A stretch of 64,000 bases of DNA from IMG/VR virus record IMGVR_UViG_3300021091_000023; one strand, given 5' to 3'. A program made the position numbers and the translations under genes. Shown here in pieces: positions 47,643 to 58,000 of this stretch. Every line of letters begins with the position of its first letter. Position 1 is the first letter of the stretch. The notes beneath the pieces are model-generated. The model worked only from the letters and a program-made list of their open reading frames with translations, was not told the origin of the DNA and made no database searches. This DNA comes from an uncultured virus (IMG/VR IMGVR_UViG_3300021091_000023) (lineage: Duplodnaviria > Heunggongvirae > Uroviricota > Caudoviricetes).

Positions 47643-50600
47643 ATGAATATTTCGCAAAAAATATTAAGTGACATCACTGTCTTTATGAAATACGCTAAGT
47701 TTCAACCAAAATTAAATAGAAGAGAGACATGGGAAGAGTTGGTGACACGTAACAAAGAAATGCACCAAAGAAAATACCCTCACATTAAAGATGAGATAGA
47801 AGAGGTATATAAAATGGTGTATGACAAAAAAGTTTTACCATCCATGAGGTCATTACAATTTGGTGGAAAACCAATTGAGATTTCACCCAACAGAATCTAC
47901 AATTGTGCATACATGCCAATAGATCATGTAGACGCATTTTCTGAAACAATGTTTTTACTTTTAGGTGGAACAGGAGTTGGATACTCGGTTCAAAAACACC
48001 ACGTCGAAAAACTACCCGAAATAAAAAAACCAAACCCTGAAAGAACAAGACGTTATCTAATTGGTGACTCTATTGAAGGATGGGCAGACGCCATTAAAGT
48101 ATTAATGGAATCATATTTAGGTTATAAGTCATCAACACCTGTATTTGATTTTTCAGATATTAGACAAAAAGGTGCGATGCTTGTAACATCAGGAGGTAAA
48201 GCTCCAGGACCCCAACCATTAAAAGATTGTATTCATCAAATTACAAAAGTTTTGGATAACAAAAAAGATGGTGAAAGATTCAAACCTATCGAAACACATG
48301 ACATCATTTGTCATATTGCTGATGCAGTACTTGCAGGTGGTATCAGACGAGCGGCACTTATTTCATTATTTTCGGCTGACGATGAAGAAATGATTTCTTG
48401 TAAGTCAGGAAATTGGTGGGAACAAAACGCACAAAGAGGTAGAGCAAATAACTCAGCGGTACTTCTTCGTCACAAAATCACAAAAGAATTCTTTATGGAT
48501 CTTTGGAAACGTATTGAATTATCAGGAGCAGGAGAACCAGGAATTTATCTATCTAACGATAAAGATTGGGGGACTAACCCATCATTAAGAGCCGGTACAA
48601 AAGTATTAACAACCGATGGTATTTTTCCAATTGAAGAGCTTGAAGGTAAAAACTTTAAAGTTAAGAATTTAAACGGTGTTATTTCTGATGCTCGTTGTTG
48701 GTTATCAGGTCAAAATAAACAACTTTGGAAATTAAAATTAGAAGATGGTACTGAATATTATGCAACACCAGAACACGAATGGCCGGTTTGGGATGGTGAA
48801 AAGTATGTTAAAGTTAAAACACCTGAATTAACAAATGGTGATAGATTACCAATTTTAAGAGAAGAAAAATTATTTGATGGTGATTTGGGAACACATAACG
48901 ATGGTTTTCTTTGCGGTTGGATTATTGGTGATGGTTGGGCATCAAATAGAAAAGATTATACCGAATATGGTATGGTTGTTTCCGATGACGACGACGAGTC
49001 CAATATTTCTGAAACGCTAGTAAATACAATAAAAGATAATGTCCCAACCTTTTCTGGTAATTTTAAAAGAAGATTTAAGAAAACTTTTAATACTGAAGAA
49101 GAAGAAATGCAAATTACATTGGTTGAAACAAAAACTAAAGAAATTAGTATTAACAATAAATCCGTATATGATTATCTATCAAAATTTGGTTCGTTAATAA
49201 AAAGTGAAGGGTTACCAAAAACAGTTTGGGTTAATGGTAGTGAAGAATTTAGAAAAGGTATTGTTGATGCTTTATTTAGTTCTGACGGACATATCGCAAA
49301 AACACAAAAAAGATTAACATTTACTACAAAACATAAACAATTGGCTGAAGATGTTTCAGAACTATTAGGTTTCTATGGTATTAAAACCAAAATAAAAACA
49401 TCGACACAAAGTTTAGAAGGGTATGATACAGAATACACAAGATATGATTTGAGAATTAGTGAAACAACATCAATAAAACAATTTAGAAATATTTTTAAAT
49501 TAACAAACAAAAGAAAACAAGAAGTTTTAGATAGTTATGAATTTAGATATAATATTTTTGATGACAAACAAATTAAAGTTGAATCTGTTGAATTAACTGA
49601 TCTTTATGAAGATGTTTGGGATATATCGGTGTATGATGAAACACATTGTTTTCAGATATCAAAAGTTGTTACAGGTAATTGTTGCGAAATCGCACTACGA
49701 CCATACCAATTCTGTAACCTATGTGAGGTAAATGCTTCAGATATTGAATCACAAGAAGATTTTGATAAAAGAGTTAAAGCAGCATCATTCATTGGTACTT
49801 TACAAGCTGGTTATACTGACTTCCATTATTTGAGAGATATTTGGAAAAGAACAACCGAAAAAGACGCACTTATCGGTGTCGGTATGACAGGTATTGGTTC
49901 AGGTGTTGTGTTAGGTTATGATATGAAGAGAGCGGCCAAAATGGTTAAAGAAGAAAACGAAAGAGTTGCGAATTTGATTAACATTAATAAATCAGCAAGA
50001 ACAACAACGGTTAAACCATCAGGTACCTCATCATTAGTATTAGGTACATCATCAGGAATTCATGCATGGCATAATGATTACTACCTAAGAAGAATTCGTG
50101 TAGGAAAAAATGAATCAATTTATTCTTATTTAGCAATCAATCATCCTGAATTAATCGAAGACGAATACTTTAGACCACACGATACTGCGGTTATTACAAT
50201 ACCACAAAGAGCACCTGAAGGGTCTATTGTAAGACATGAATCAGTATTTCAAATGTTAGAAAGAGTTAAAAAAGTTTCACAAGAATGGATTAAACCTGGT
50301 CACAGAAACGGACAAAATACTCACAACGTTTCAGCTACAGTTTCAATCAAAGAAGATGAGTGGGAATTAGTTGGTGATTGGATGTGGAATAATAGAGATT
50401 TCTATAACGGACTTTCAGTATTACCATACAACGGAGGAACATATACTCAAGCGCCATTTGAAGATTGTACAAAAGAAGATTTTGAAAGATTAGTTAAATC
50501 ATTAACAGATGTTGATCTTACAAAAGTTATTGAGTTACAAGATAATACAGATCTTCGTGGTGAGGCCGCTTGTGCTGGAGGTGCTTGTGAAATTGTATAA
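47643..50600 (+). CDS. nrdJ: Class II (B12-dependent) ribonucleotide reductase containing an intein
   Basis: PSMRSLQ, YNCA, GTGVG, GGIRRAA, TNP[intein]CCEI, CNL, TTVKPSGT, C-terminal CAGGAC. Confidence 0.92.
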   Translation: MNISQKILSDITVFMKYAKFQPKLNRRETWEELVTRNKEMHQRKYPHIKDEIEEVYKMVYDKKVLPSMRSLQFGGKPIEISPNRIYNCAYMPIDHVDAFSETMFLLLGGTGVGYSVQKHHVEKLPEIKKPNPERTRRYLIGDSIEGWADAIKVLMESYLGYKSSTPVFDFSDIRQKGAMLVTSGGKAPGPQPLKDCIHQITKVLDNKKDGERFKPIETHDIICHIADAVLAGGIRRAALISLFSADDEEMISCKSGNWWEQNAQRGRANNSAVLLRHKITKEFFMDLWKRIELSGAGEPGIYLSNDKDWGTNPSLRAGTKVLTTDGIFPIEELEGKNFKVKNLNGVISDARCWLSGQNKQLWKLKLEDGTEYYATPEHEWPVWDGEKYVKVKTPELTNGDRLPILREEKLFDGDLGTHNDGFLCGWIIGDGWASNRKDYTEYGMVVSDDDDESNISETLVNTIKDNVPTFSGNFKRRFKKTFNTEEEEMQITLVETKTKEISINNKSVYDYLSKFGSLIKSEGLPKTVWVNGSEEFRKGIVDALFSSDGHIAKTQKRLTFTTKHKQLAEDVSELLGFYGIKTKIKTSTQSLEGYDTEYTRYDLRISETTSIKQFRNIFKLTNKRKQEVLDSYEFRYNIFDDKQIKVESVELTDLYEDVWDISVYDETHCFQISKVVTGNCCEIALRPYQFCNLCEVNASDIESQEDFDKRVKAASFIGTLQAGYTDFHYLRDIWKRTTEKDALIGVGMTGIGSGVVLGYDMKRAAKMVKEENERVANLININKSARTTTVKPSGTSSLVLGTSSGIHAWHNDYYLRRIRVGKNESIYSYLAINHPELIEDEYFRPHDTAVITIPQRAPEGSIVRHESVFQMLERVKKVSQEWIKPGHRNGQNTHNVSATVSIKEDEWELVGDWMWNNRDFYNGLSVLPYNGGTYTQAPFEDCTKEDFERLVKSLTDVDLTKVIELQDNTDLRGEAACAGGACEIV
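48582..49679 (+). mobile_element. Intein (366 aa) with a LAGLIDADG endonuclease in nrdJ
   Basis: Starts SLRAGTKV, block B ATPEHEW, GWIIGDG and DALFSSDG, ends VTGN/C. Removing it restores GTNPCCEI. Confidence 0.92.
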
Positions 50601-50620
50601 TCTTAGAAAGAATAATTAAA

Positions 50621-50848
50621 ATGAATGTAGGAGCATCAAAAGATTGGGTACAACAATTATATGTTAGAGAGTTTGGACCAAAACTTCAACCAACCGATTT
50701 TTATTGGAATGATGGTAAAATGGTTATGACAGAAGAGTACCACATAAGAAGAGGAAAGTGTTGTGGTAGTGGATGTTTACATTGTTGTTATTGGCCACCA
50801 TTTAAAAAGGGCAACACAAATTTAAAAGAATCACTGAGAAATCAGTGA
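50621..50848 (+). CDS. DUF5522-like Cys-rich small protein
   Basis: YW.DG.MVMTEEYHIRRGKCCGSGCLHC.Y. Confidence 0.75.
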   Translation: MNVGASKDWVQQLYVREFGPKLQPTDFYWNDGKMVMTEEYHIRRGKCCGSGCLHCCYWPPFKKGNTNLKESLRNQ

Positions 50849-50880
50849 TTTTTTTTTTTGAACATATATTTATAATAAAA
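50804..50880 (+). repeat. Imperfect direct repeat, copy 1 (gene 3' end + terminator hairpin + TATTTAT)
   Basis: aaaaagggcaacacaaatttaaaagAATCACTGAgaaaTCAGTGATT(T)n...tatttat matches 52182-52258. Confidence 0.85.
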
Positions 50881-50888
50881 AAAATATT

Positions 50889-51521
50889 ATGAATAGAATG
50901 ATTATATCAGAAGACGAAAAATCGAGAATACTTGAAATGCACAAAAATGCAACAAAAAAACAATATTTAGTTGAACAAAAATTACAAGGGAATGTTGATT
51001 GGGCCAATAAACAATCATCAGTAGTCAAAAATTTAACAGCACAATGGAACTCACGAAAAATACCTTTTACTCCAGTAATTGCCGGCCCATATCTATTATC
51101 ACTTAATGATACAAACTTCAACAACAAACCTGAAATTTTTAAAAAAAATGAAGATTACACTGGGTCTGTTACTGGTTGGAGGTTAATTTGGGGAGGATTT
51201 CCTTGTATACAAAATATTGGAAATGGGGGTTATTATACATTTGGTTCGACAGGGTTTAAAAATTTCAATGTTAATACCGATGTAATAGTACCTAATACGA
51301 TTGAAACACTTAATAATAATTTAAATCAAGTTTCATTATCGACACTTCAAACCATGTGGAAAAATATTGAACAAGATACTAATTTTGTTAAATTTTTTGA
51401 TATTGTTAAAAAAAGAGTTCTCGAATATCAAAATAATCCGACAGATGAAGCTGATGGAAAAGGATTCGATAAAATTACAGGAAATGCTGCAGACTTTTTA
51501 AAATCATTAAAATTTGCATAA
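50889..51521 (+). CDS. Hypothetical protein with an ISEDEKSRILEMH-type leader
   Basis: 210 aa; TATTTAT upstream. Confidence 0.7.
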   Translation: MNRMIISEDEKSRILEMHKNATKKQYLVEQKLQGNVDWANKQSSVVKNLTAQWNSRKIPFTPVIAGPYLLSLNDTNFNNKPEIFKKNEDYTGSVTGWRLIWGGFPCIQNIGNGGYYTFGSTGFKNFNVNTDVIVPNTIETLNNNLNQVSLSTLQTMWKNIEQDTNFVKFFDIVKKRVLEYQNNPTDEADGKGFDKITGNAADFLKSLKFA

Positions 51522-51571
51522 ATAGTTTAAAAAATAAATAAGAATAGATAGGGCGTAATATCTTTTCTTTT

Positions 51572-52123
51572 TTATGGAACCATACATTGACCACAGTCTA
51601 ATGTCGGATCCTCATCATCATATGTTATCAATTCCCAAAAACCTATATAATTTTCAACCATTATAATATGATCAATATAATTCTGTATACCGATATTATA
51701 TAATTCTAATATTTCTATAGTTCGTATATTATTTAGTCTATCATTTATTTTGATACTATAAATTCCTAAAATTTTTCTGGCTTTATTAAATGTGGCTTTA
51801 AGAAATTCATTAGTATTTTTATCTTTCATATATTCAATACCATCTGAAAAATACATCGTATCTGGAATTGATTTGAAATAATTTTTATTCCATTTTTCAA
51901 ATCTATCGAAAGCTACTAAATATTGAGTTTGTAGTAATGTGTCTTCAAGTTTTTTATATTCTTCGGATATGACTTTATAACGGGTATATGGTCCGGTATA
52001 ATCAATACCATATGAATCCAAAAGTTTATTTTGACTTTGATTCAATGAAGAGAAGTTGTATATATTTTGAGAAAAAGACACAAAATAAAAGAAGGAAATC
52101 AAAATAAATAATAAGTTTTTCAT
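51572..52123 (-). CDS. Hypothetical exported protein
   Basis: Signal-peptide-like N-terminus MKNLLFILISFFYFVSFS|Q. Confidence 0.65.
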   Translation of the reverse strand: MKNLLFILISFFYFVSFSQNIYNFSSLNQSQNKLLDSYGIDYTGPYTRYKVISEEYKKLEDTLLQTQYLVAFDRFEKWNKNYFKSIPDTMYFSDGIEYMKDKNTNEFLKATFNKARKILGIYSIKINDRLNNIRTIEILELYNIGIQNYIDHIIMVENYIGFWELITYDDEDPTLDCGQCMVP

Positions 52124-52152
52124 AATTTATATTTTTTTTTAAGGTTATAATA

Positions 52153-52184
52153 CAAATATATAAAAAACTATTTAATTTACCAAA
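52153..52184 (-). promoter_or_regulatory. Bacteroidota-type -33/-7 promoter
   Basis: TTTG (52184-52181), 20-nt spacer, TATATTTG (52160-52153). Confidence 0.65.
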
Positions 52185-52258
52185 AAGGTAACACAAATTT
52201 AAAAAAATCACTGAGTAATCAGTGATTTTTTTATTTAACAATATATTTATTAATAAAA
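52182..52258 (+). repeat. Imperfect direct repeat, copy 2
   Basis: aaaaaggtaacacaaatttaaaaaAATCACTGAgtaaTCAGTGATT(T)n...tatttat. Confidence 0.85.
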
Positions 52259-52266
52259 TTAAAAAT

Positions 52267-52605
52267 ATGAAAAGAATAATTAGATTAACTGAATCAGATC
52301 TTGCTAGAATTGTAAGAAGAGTTATTAAAGAAAGTAATGACGATTTATTACAGTGTATTGCTAACGCTTATGGGTTAGGATTGGCTGATGTAATTAAGTT
52401 GACTCCTTGTAGTGATTGTCAAGAAAACCCTTCTCCAGAAAACGCTGAAAAATGTTTAAAGGCGGTAAAAAAAGTAGCAATATCAAAAGGATATGATATT
52501 ATTGAAATGGCAAAAAGAACATTAGAGGCGTCTGCATGTCTTACAAAAATGGGTGGAGACGGTGGTCGTGTTAAAGTACCAGGTATTGGTGGTGGTATGT
52601 ATTAA
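52267..52605 (+). CDS. Hypothetical protein with an LTESDL-type leader
   Basis: MKRIIRLTESDLARIVRRVIKES followed by a small Cys-containing domain. Confidence 0.7.
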   Translation: MKRIIRLTESDLARIVRRVIKESNDDLLQCIANAYGLGLADVIKLTPCSDCQENPSPENAEKCLKAVKKVAISKGYDIIEMAKRTLEASACLTKMGGDGGRVKVPGIGGGMY

Positions 52606-52634
52606 ATAAAAAAATTATAACAAAAAATATTTTT

Positions 52635-52662
52635 GGGTAGTCTTAAATGGTTACCCTTTTTT
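52635..52662 (+). terminator. Probable terminator
   Basis: GGGTAGTC-ttaaat-GGTTACCC followed by T6. Confidence 0.6.
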
Positions 52663-52699
52663 ATTTATATAAAATTATATAAGATTATATTTATTTGAT

Positions 52700-53161
52700 A
52701 TGGCTAATGGTATTACATATGGTATAAATTTTCCTTTCAGACAAAGTCAAAAAGGAACTTATGTTAATTTAACAGAAGAAACAGGAGACGAAATACGTGC
52801 AAATTTGGTTCATCTATTACTAACAAGAAAGGGGTATAGGTATTATTTACCTGATTTTGGTACAAGACTTTATGAATATATTTTTGAACCTTTGGATGGT
52901 GAAACCTTTGACACACTTAGATCTGAAATAGAAGACTCAGTTAATAAATATATACCTAACTTAACAATTCAAAATATTTCAATTGAACCATATATAAACT
53001 CAGAAGAATCTATAGGCGAATTACCATCAGAACAATTTGACATTCCTGTTTATAGGGTGCCTGGCGCTAATACTGAAGAATATACCGCAAAAGTTAAAAT
53101 AGAATATACTGACGATAATAACCCTTTTGGATCCAGGGAATTTGTTATTATAAATTTATAG
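52700..53161 (+). CDS. Baseplate wedge protein (gp25-like)
   Basis: IRANLVHLLLTRKGYRYYLPDFGTRLYEYIFEP. Confidence 0.9.
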   Translation: MANGITYGINFPFRQSQKGTYVNLTEETGDEIRANLVHLLLTRKGYRYYLPDFGTRLYEYIFEPLDGETFDTLRSEIEDSVNKYIPNLTIQNISIEPYINSEESIGELPSEQFDIPVYRVPGANTEEYTAKVKIEYTDDNNPFGSREFVIINL

Positions 53162-53165
53162 TAAA

Positions 53166-55004
53166 ATGGCAAACAAAAAAATATCATACACAGAAAGAGA
53201 TTTTGAAGGAATAAGAAGAGACTTATTAAACTTTACCCAACAGTATTATCCAGAGTTAATACAAAATTTTAATGATGCGTCTGTTTTTTCAGTCTTAATG
53301 GATTTAAATGCTGCGGTTGCCGATAACTTGAATTTCCACATAGATAGAAGTGTTCAAGAAACTGTTTTACAATATGCACAACAAAGGTCATCAATTTTTA
53401 ACATCGCTAGAACATACGGTTTAAAAATTCCTGGATATAGACCTTCAGTTGCTGTTGTTGACATATCTATTACTGTTCCACCTTTAGGTGATAGTGAAGA
53501 CACTAGATATTTGGGTATTTTAAGAGCAGGTGCCCAATTTAATGGAGGAGGAACGACTTTTGAGACTTTATATGATATAGACTTCTCAAGTCAATTTAAT
53601 GCCGAGGGTTTTATAAATAGAACAAAAAAACCAGTTTTCAATCAAAGTAACGGTTTAAATAGTTATATAATAACAAAAAGGGAGGTTGTTGTTAATGGAA
53701 CAACAAAAGTTTTTAAAAGAGTAGTGAATTCTACTGACGTTGTACCATTTTTTAATTTTTTCTTACCTGAAAAAAACGTTTTAGGTGTCACATCAATAGT
53801 ACAAAAAGACGGTACGTCATACACAACAACACCATCATATAGTGATTTTAACAGTTCCACTGATAGGTGGTATGAGGTAGATTCTTTAGTCGAAGACACG
53901 ATCTTTATTGAAGACCCAACTAAACCGGTAGACTCTGCGGGTGTTAAAGTTGGTAAATATCTAAAAACTGAAAATAGATTTATAACAGAATACACACCTG
54001 AAGGGTTTCTTAAAGTACAATTTGGTGCCTCAACAACAACTCCTAATGAACAACTTAGTAATTTCACAAGAACAGGTGTTCCACTAAATTTAGCCAATTA
54101 CCAAAATAATATTGGTTTAGGTTTGACAGTAAAACCTAATACCACCTTATTTGTCCAATATAGAGTTGGTGGCGGACTGGCATCAAATATCGGTGTCGGA
54201 GCAATAACACAAGTAGGCACTGTTGATTTTGTTGTGAATGGTCCTTCTGAACAATACAATAGAGATGTAGTACAATCATTAGAAGTAAATAACGTTACCG
54301 CAGCTATAGGTGGTGCAAATCAACCTACAATTGATGAAGTTAGAAATATGGTTACTTATAATTTTGCTGCTCAAAAAAGAGCGGTCACAATCAACGACTA
54401 TAAATCTATAATAGATACAATGCCTGGTAATTTTGGTGCACCAGCGAAAGTAGCAATAAGTGAAGTAGATAATAAAATATCAATTAAAATATTATCATAT
54501 GATGATAGTGGGGTTTTAACACAGACAGTATCTAATAATTTGAAAACTAATTTAGCCACATATCTATCGAGATATAGAATGATAAATGACTACATTTCAA
54601 TTGAAATAGCTAAAGTAATTGATTTAGAATTTGAGGTTTTTGTTGTTTTAGATAGTTCGGGTAGTCAAGCAGAAGTCATAACACAAATAATAAATAATAT
54701 TAGTGGTTATATGTCACCACAATCGAGAGAGTTGGGTCAAAATGTTAATATTGCAGATATTAAAAGAAACATACAAGATATTAGTGGTGTAAATACAATA
54801 ACCGAAATTAGGGTTTATAATAAAGTAGGTGGCCAGTATTCCTCATCAGAAACCTCACAAAGGTATATTGATAATACTACAAAACAAATAGAATTAATTG
54901 AAGAAACAATATACGCAGAACCTGATCAAATATATCAAGTTAGATTTGCAACTAAAGATATCAAAGTTAGAGTTAAAAATCTTTCAACCGTAGACTTCGG
55001 ATAA
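53166..55004 (+). CDS. Baseplate wedge protein (gp6/J-like)
   Basis: DFEGIRRDL, A.QRSSIFNIA, YRVGGG..SN, GGAN, AQKRAVT.NDY. Confidence 0.88.
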   Translation: MANKKISYTERDFEGIRRDLLNFTQQYYPELIQNFNDASVFSVLMDLNAAVADNLNFHIDRSVQETVLQYAQQRSSIFNIARTYGLKIPGYRPSVAVVDISITVPPLGDSEDTRYLGILRAGAQFNGGGTTFETLYDIDFSSQFNAEGFINRTKKPVFNQSNGLNSYIITKREVVVNGTTKVFKRVVNSTDVVPFFNFFLPEKNVLGVTSIVQKDGTSYTTTPSYSDFNSSTDRWYEVDSLVEDTIFIEDPTKPVDSAGVKVGKYLKTENRFITEYTPEGFLKVQFGASTTTPNEQLSNFTRTGVPLNLANYQNNIGLGLTVKPNTTLFVQYRVGGGLASNIGVGAITQVGTVDFVVNGPSEQYNRDVVQSLEVNNVTAAIGGANQPTIDEVRNMVTYNFAAQKRAVTINDYKSIIDTMPGNFGAPAKVAISEVDNKISIKILSYDDSGVLTQTVSNNLKTNLATYLSRYRMINDYISIEIAKVIDLEFEVFVVLDSSGSQAEVITQIINNISGYMSPQSRELGQNVNIADIKRNIQDISGVNTITEIRVYNKVGGQYSSSETSQRYIDNTTKQIELIEETIYAEPDQIYQVRFATKDIKVRVKNLSTVDFG

Positions 55005-55074
55005 ATTATTTATTTTGATGATTTATAACTTATCTTAAAATTGATAAAATAAGTATTTATCGACAAAGAAGAAT

Positions 55075-58000
55075 ATGTCTAAAAAGTATAGGTTTAGAAC
55101 AAAATTAAATCAAGATAGAGAAATAAGATTACATATTGAACAAGATTTCGATATGATAGAAATCTTATCTCTTAAACTTAAACAATCAGATGTTTATACT
55201 CGTTTCTGTGCCGATTATGGTGTGGTTGCTGGTAGGGTAATAGCAAATGGAGGATACGGTGTACCAAACGTATCAATTTCGATATTCGTACCATTAAGTG
55301 CGCAAGACGAAAATAATACAGTCATCTCAACACTATACCCATATAAGAATAGTGGTCAAAAAAACGAAGATGGTTATCGATATAATCTTTTACCATACAA
55401 ATCAGAGTATGGAGGACACACACCTACAGGGACTTTTCCTGACATTGAGGATGTTTTAAAAAGAAAGGAAGTTTTAGAAATATATGAAAAATATTACAAA
55501 TACACTGTAAGAACAAATGAAAGTGGTGACTTTATGATTGTTGGTGTTCCATTAGGGATGCAAACAATAGTGATGGACATGGACCTATCTAATATTGGTT
55601 GTTTTTCACTTAGACCTTCAGATTTAGTAAGAATGGGTATGGGTGTTGAATCACAATTTGCTGGCTCACAATTTAGGGCTTCTGAAAACATTGAATCACT
55701 CCCACAAATAATAAATTCAAGAAAAGATATTGAAGTAGCGTCATTTTGGGGAGAGACCGATATATGTGATGTTGGAATTACAAGGGTTGATTTTGATTTA
55801 AGGTCTTTAGGTATTAATATAGAACCACAGGCGGTTTTTATGGGATCAATGTTTTCCACAACTGAAGAAGATGCTTTAGGGACTAACTGTAAACCAAAAT
55901 TTGATAGTGGTAACTTATGCGATTTAGTTAGTGCTCCCGGAAAGATTCTAGCAATCAGACAAACAATATACACAGACACACAAGGATTACCAATTTTAGA
56001 AGAATATAAATTATCTGATGGAGGTAATGTTATTGATGAAGAAGGGACATGGTTAATTGAAGTACCAATGAATTTGGACTATGTAAGTACCAACGAATTT
56101 GGAGAACAAGTATTATCCAATGACCCTACAGTAGGAATACCAACAAAGGGTAAATACAGATTTAAAATACAATATCAAAATGAAAATTCCGCAACCGCAC
56201 AAGTCATAAGAGCAGATTATATAGTACCAAACATAAAAGAATATGGATGGAGAAATTTACCAGGTAGTGATGAAAATGGACCTAATAATTCGAGTTTACA
56301 AGAAAAATCATATGCATTTAGTTTAGATTGGCAAGACTATGCACAAATAGATCCAATTACTAGTGGGTTTACGACTTTAGGTCAACAAATGATACAAGAG
56401 GCGATAAACTGCGAAGATAGATTTTTCGAATTTAATTTCAATAGAGTTTATACTGTTAGTAGTTTTTTGGATAGATGGAAATGGGGTTATAATAGATCAA
56501 GACATTTAGGTATAAAAGAAATAACCAATAGGGATTGTAGTACAACAACAAACAGGATGCCGGTAAATGACGGTGTTAGAAACTTTGATTTAATATTCTT
56601 TTTGTTTAGTATACTCATACTTATTTTACATCCAATTTTTATAATAATAATAATTTTATATCATTTTATAATTTGGGCTTATGCTCTATTGGTTGATATA
56701 GTAAATGGGTTTGTTGATTTTGTTAATAGAATTATAATAGGGTTTTGTAGAATGATTAATAGAATAAGAAGTTGGATAGGTTGGTCTCAAAAAGATTGTG
56801 AAGATGACACAATACCAAGAATCCCCGATAGAACATTTCCAAGAATTTCATTACCGATGATTTCATATCCTGATTGTGACGCTTGTAATTGCGAAACAGT
56901 ACAAAATCCATCACAAGGTTCTCAACCAACAAATGATTTGACATTACAAAGAGTTAACACCAGTTTATTGGCAGATACAAATAGTATAGAATCATGGTCT
57001 TGGGCGGAAACGTCCGAATATAATAAAATCCAAACCTATTACTGTGACGTTTTTCCAGAAGGTTGTGATGTTACAGAAGACGCGTTCAATTTCGCAATTA
57101 GTCAAGGTTTTGCTGGATTCTCTGGACCAACAACTAATGGTAAAGATAGATTACAAAAAATACCAATAGCCACTTGGCCATCTCAAGATTCTAGAGTTGG
57201 TGCTTTAGGGTTTAACGTATCTTGGGGTCAAAAATTGAACTTAATGAATGCAAGGGCAAGATATCATGGAAATGAGTCTGTTATGACAATAACAGTAAAA
57301 AATAAAGACTTTCAAAATGTAGAACAAGTTTCGGGGCTAATGAAAGATCAACCTTTCATTTTAATTTGTGATACAGGAACAATATCTCAATTAGGTGGTG
57401 CCGGTACACTGTTATCTTTTACGGACATAGATCAAATAAATGATCCTAACTTAACAGGAGGAACTTTAAATCAATTTGGTAATAATGCAGTTACAGGTAC
57501 AACGGTTCATAATAATATTAATTTATCCAACAAGACTCAATATTTTATAGAACCATCATACACGTCTGTTGTAAGTTCTGCAGTACTAAAATTAAAACTC
57601 ACGGGGTCATCACAATCATATAATTTTAAGGGAGGAGTTGAATATTTCCAAGTTATTACTGGTGGTACTTTAGCGAGTTTTGAACAATATTTAACAGGTG
57701 AAAGATGGGAGTCATTTTTAGGTCAATATGTTTATGGTGGTGATATGAAATTTAGATGGGGTAAAGGATGGGGGAGAGAAAAAATTTTTGGCAAAGCACC
57801 TGATAATGTTGTTATAAGTATTTCTTTAGATACCGCCGGTAATATTATCATTGGAGGTAATTTTGTTAAATATGGGACAACAACGACTAATAAAATTGCT
57901 AAAATAGATGACAACGGTAATTATCTATCATTTAATCCCACAACAGGACTTAATGGAATTGTTTATAAACTAATAACTAATTCATCAGATGAGACCTTTG

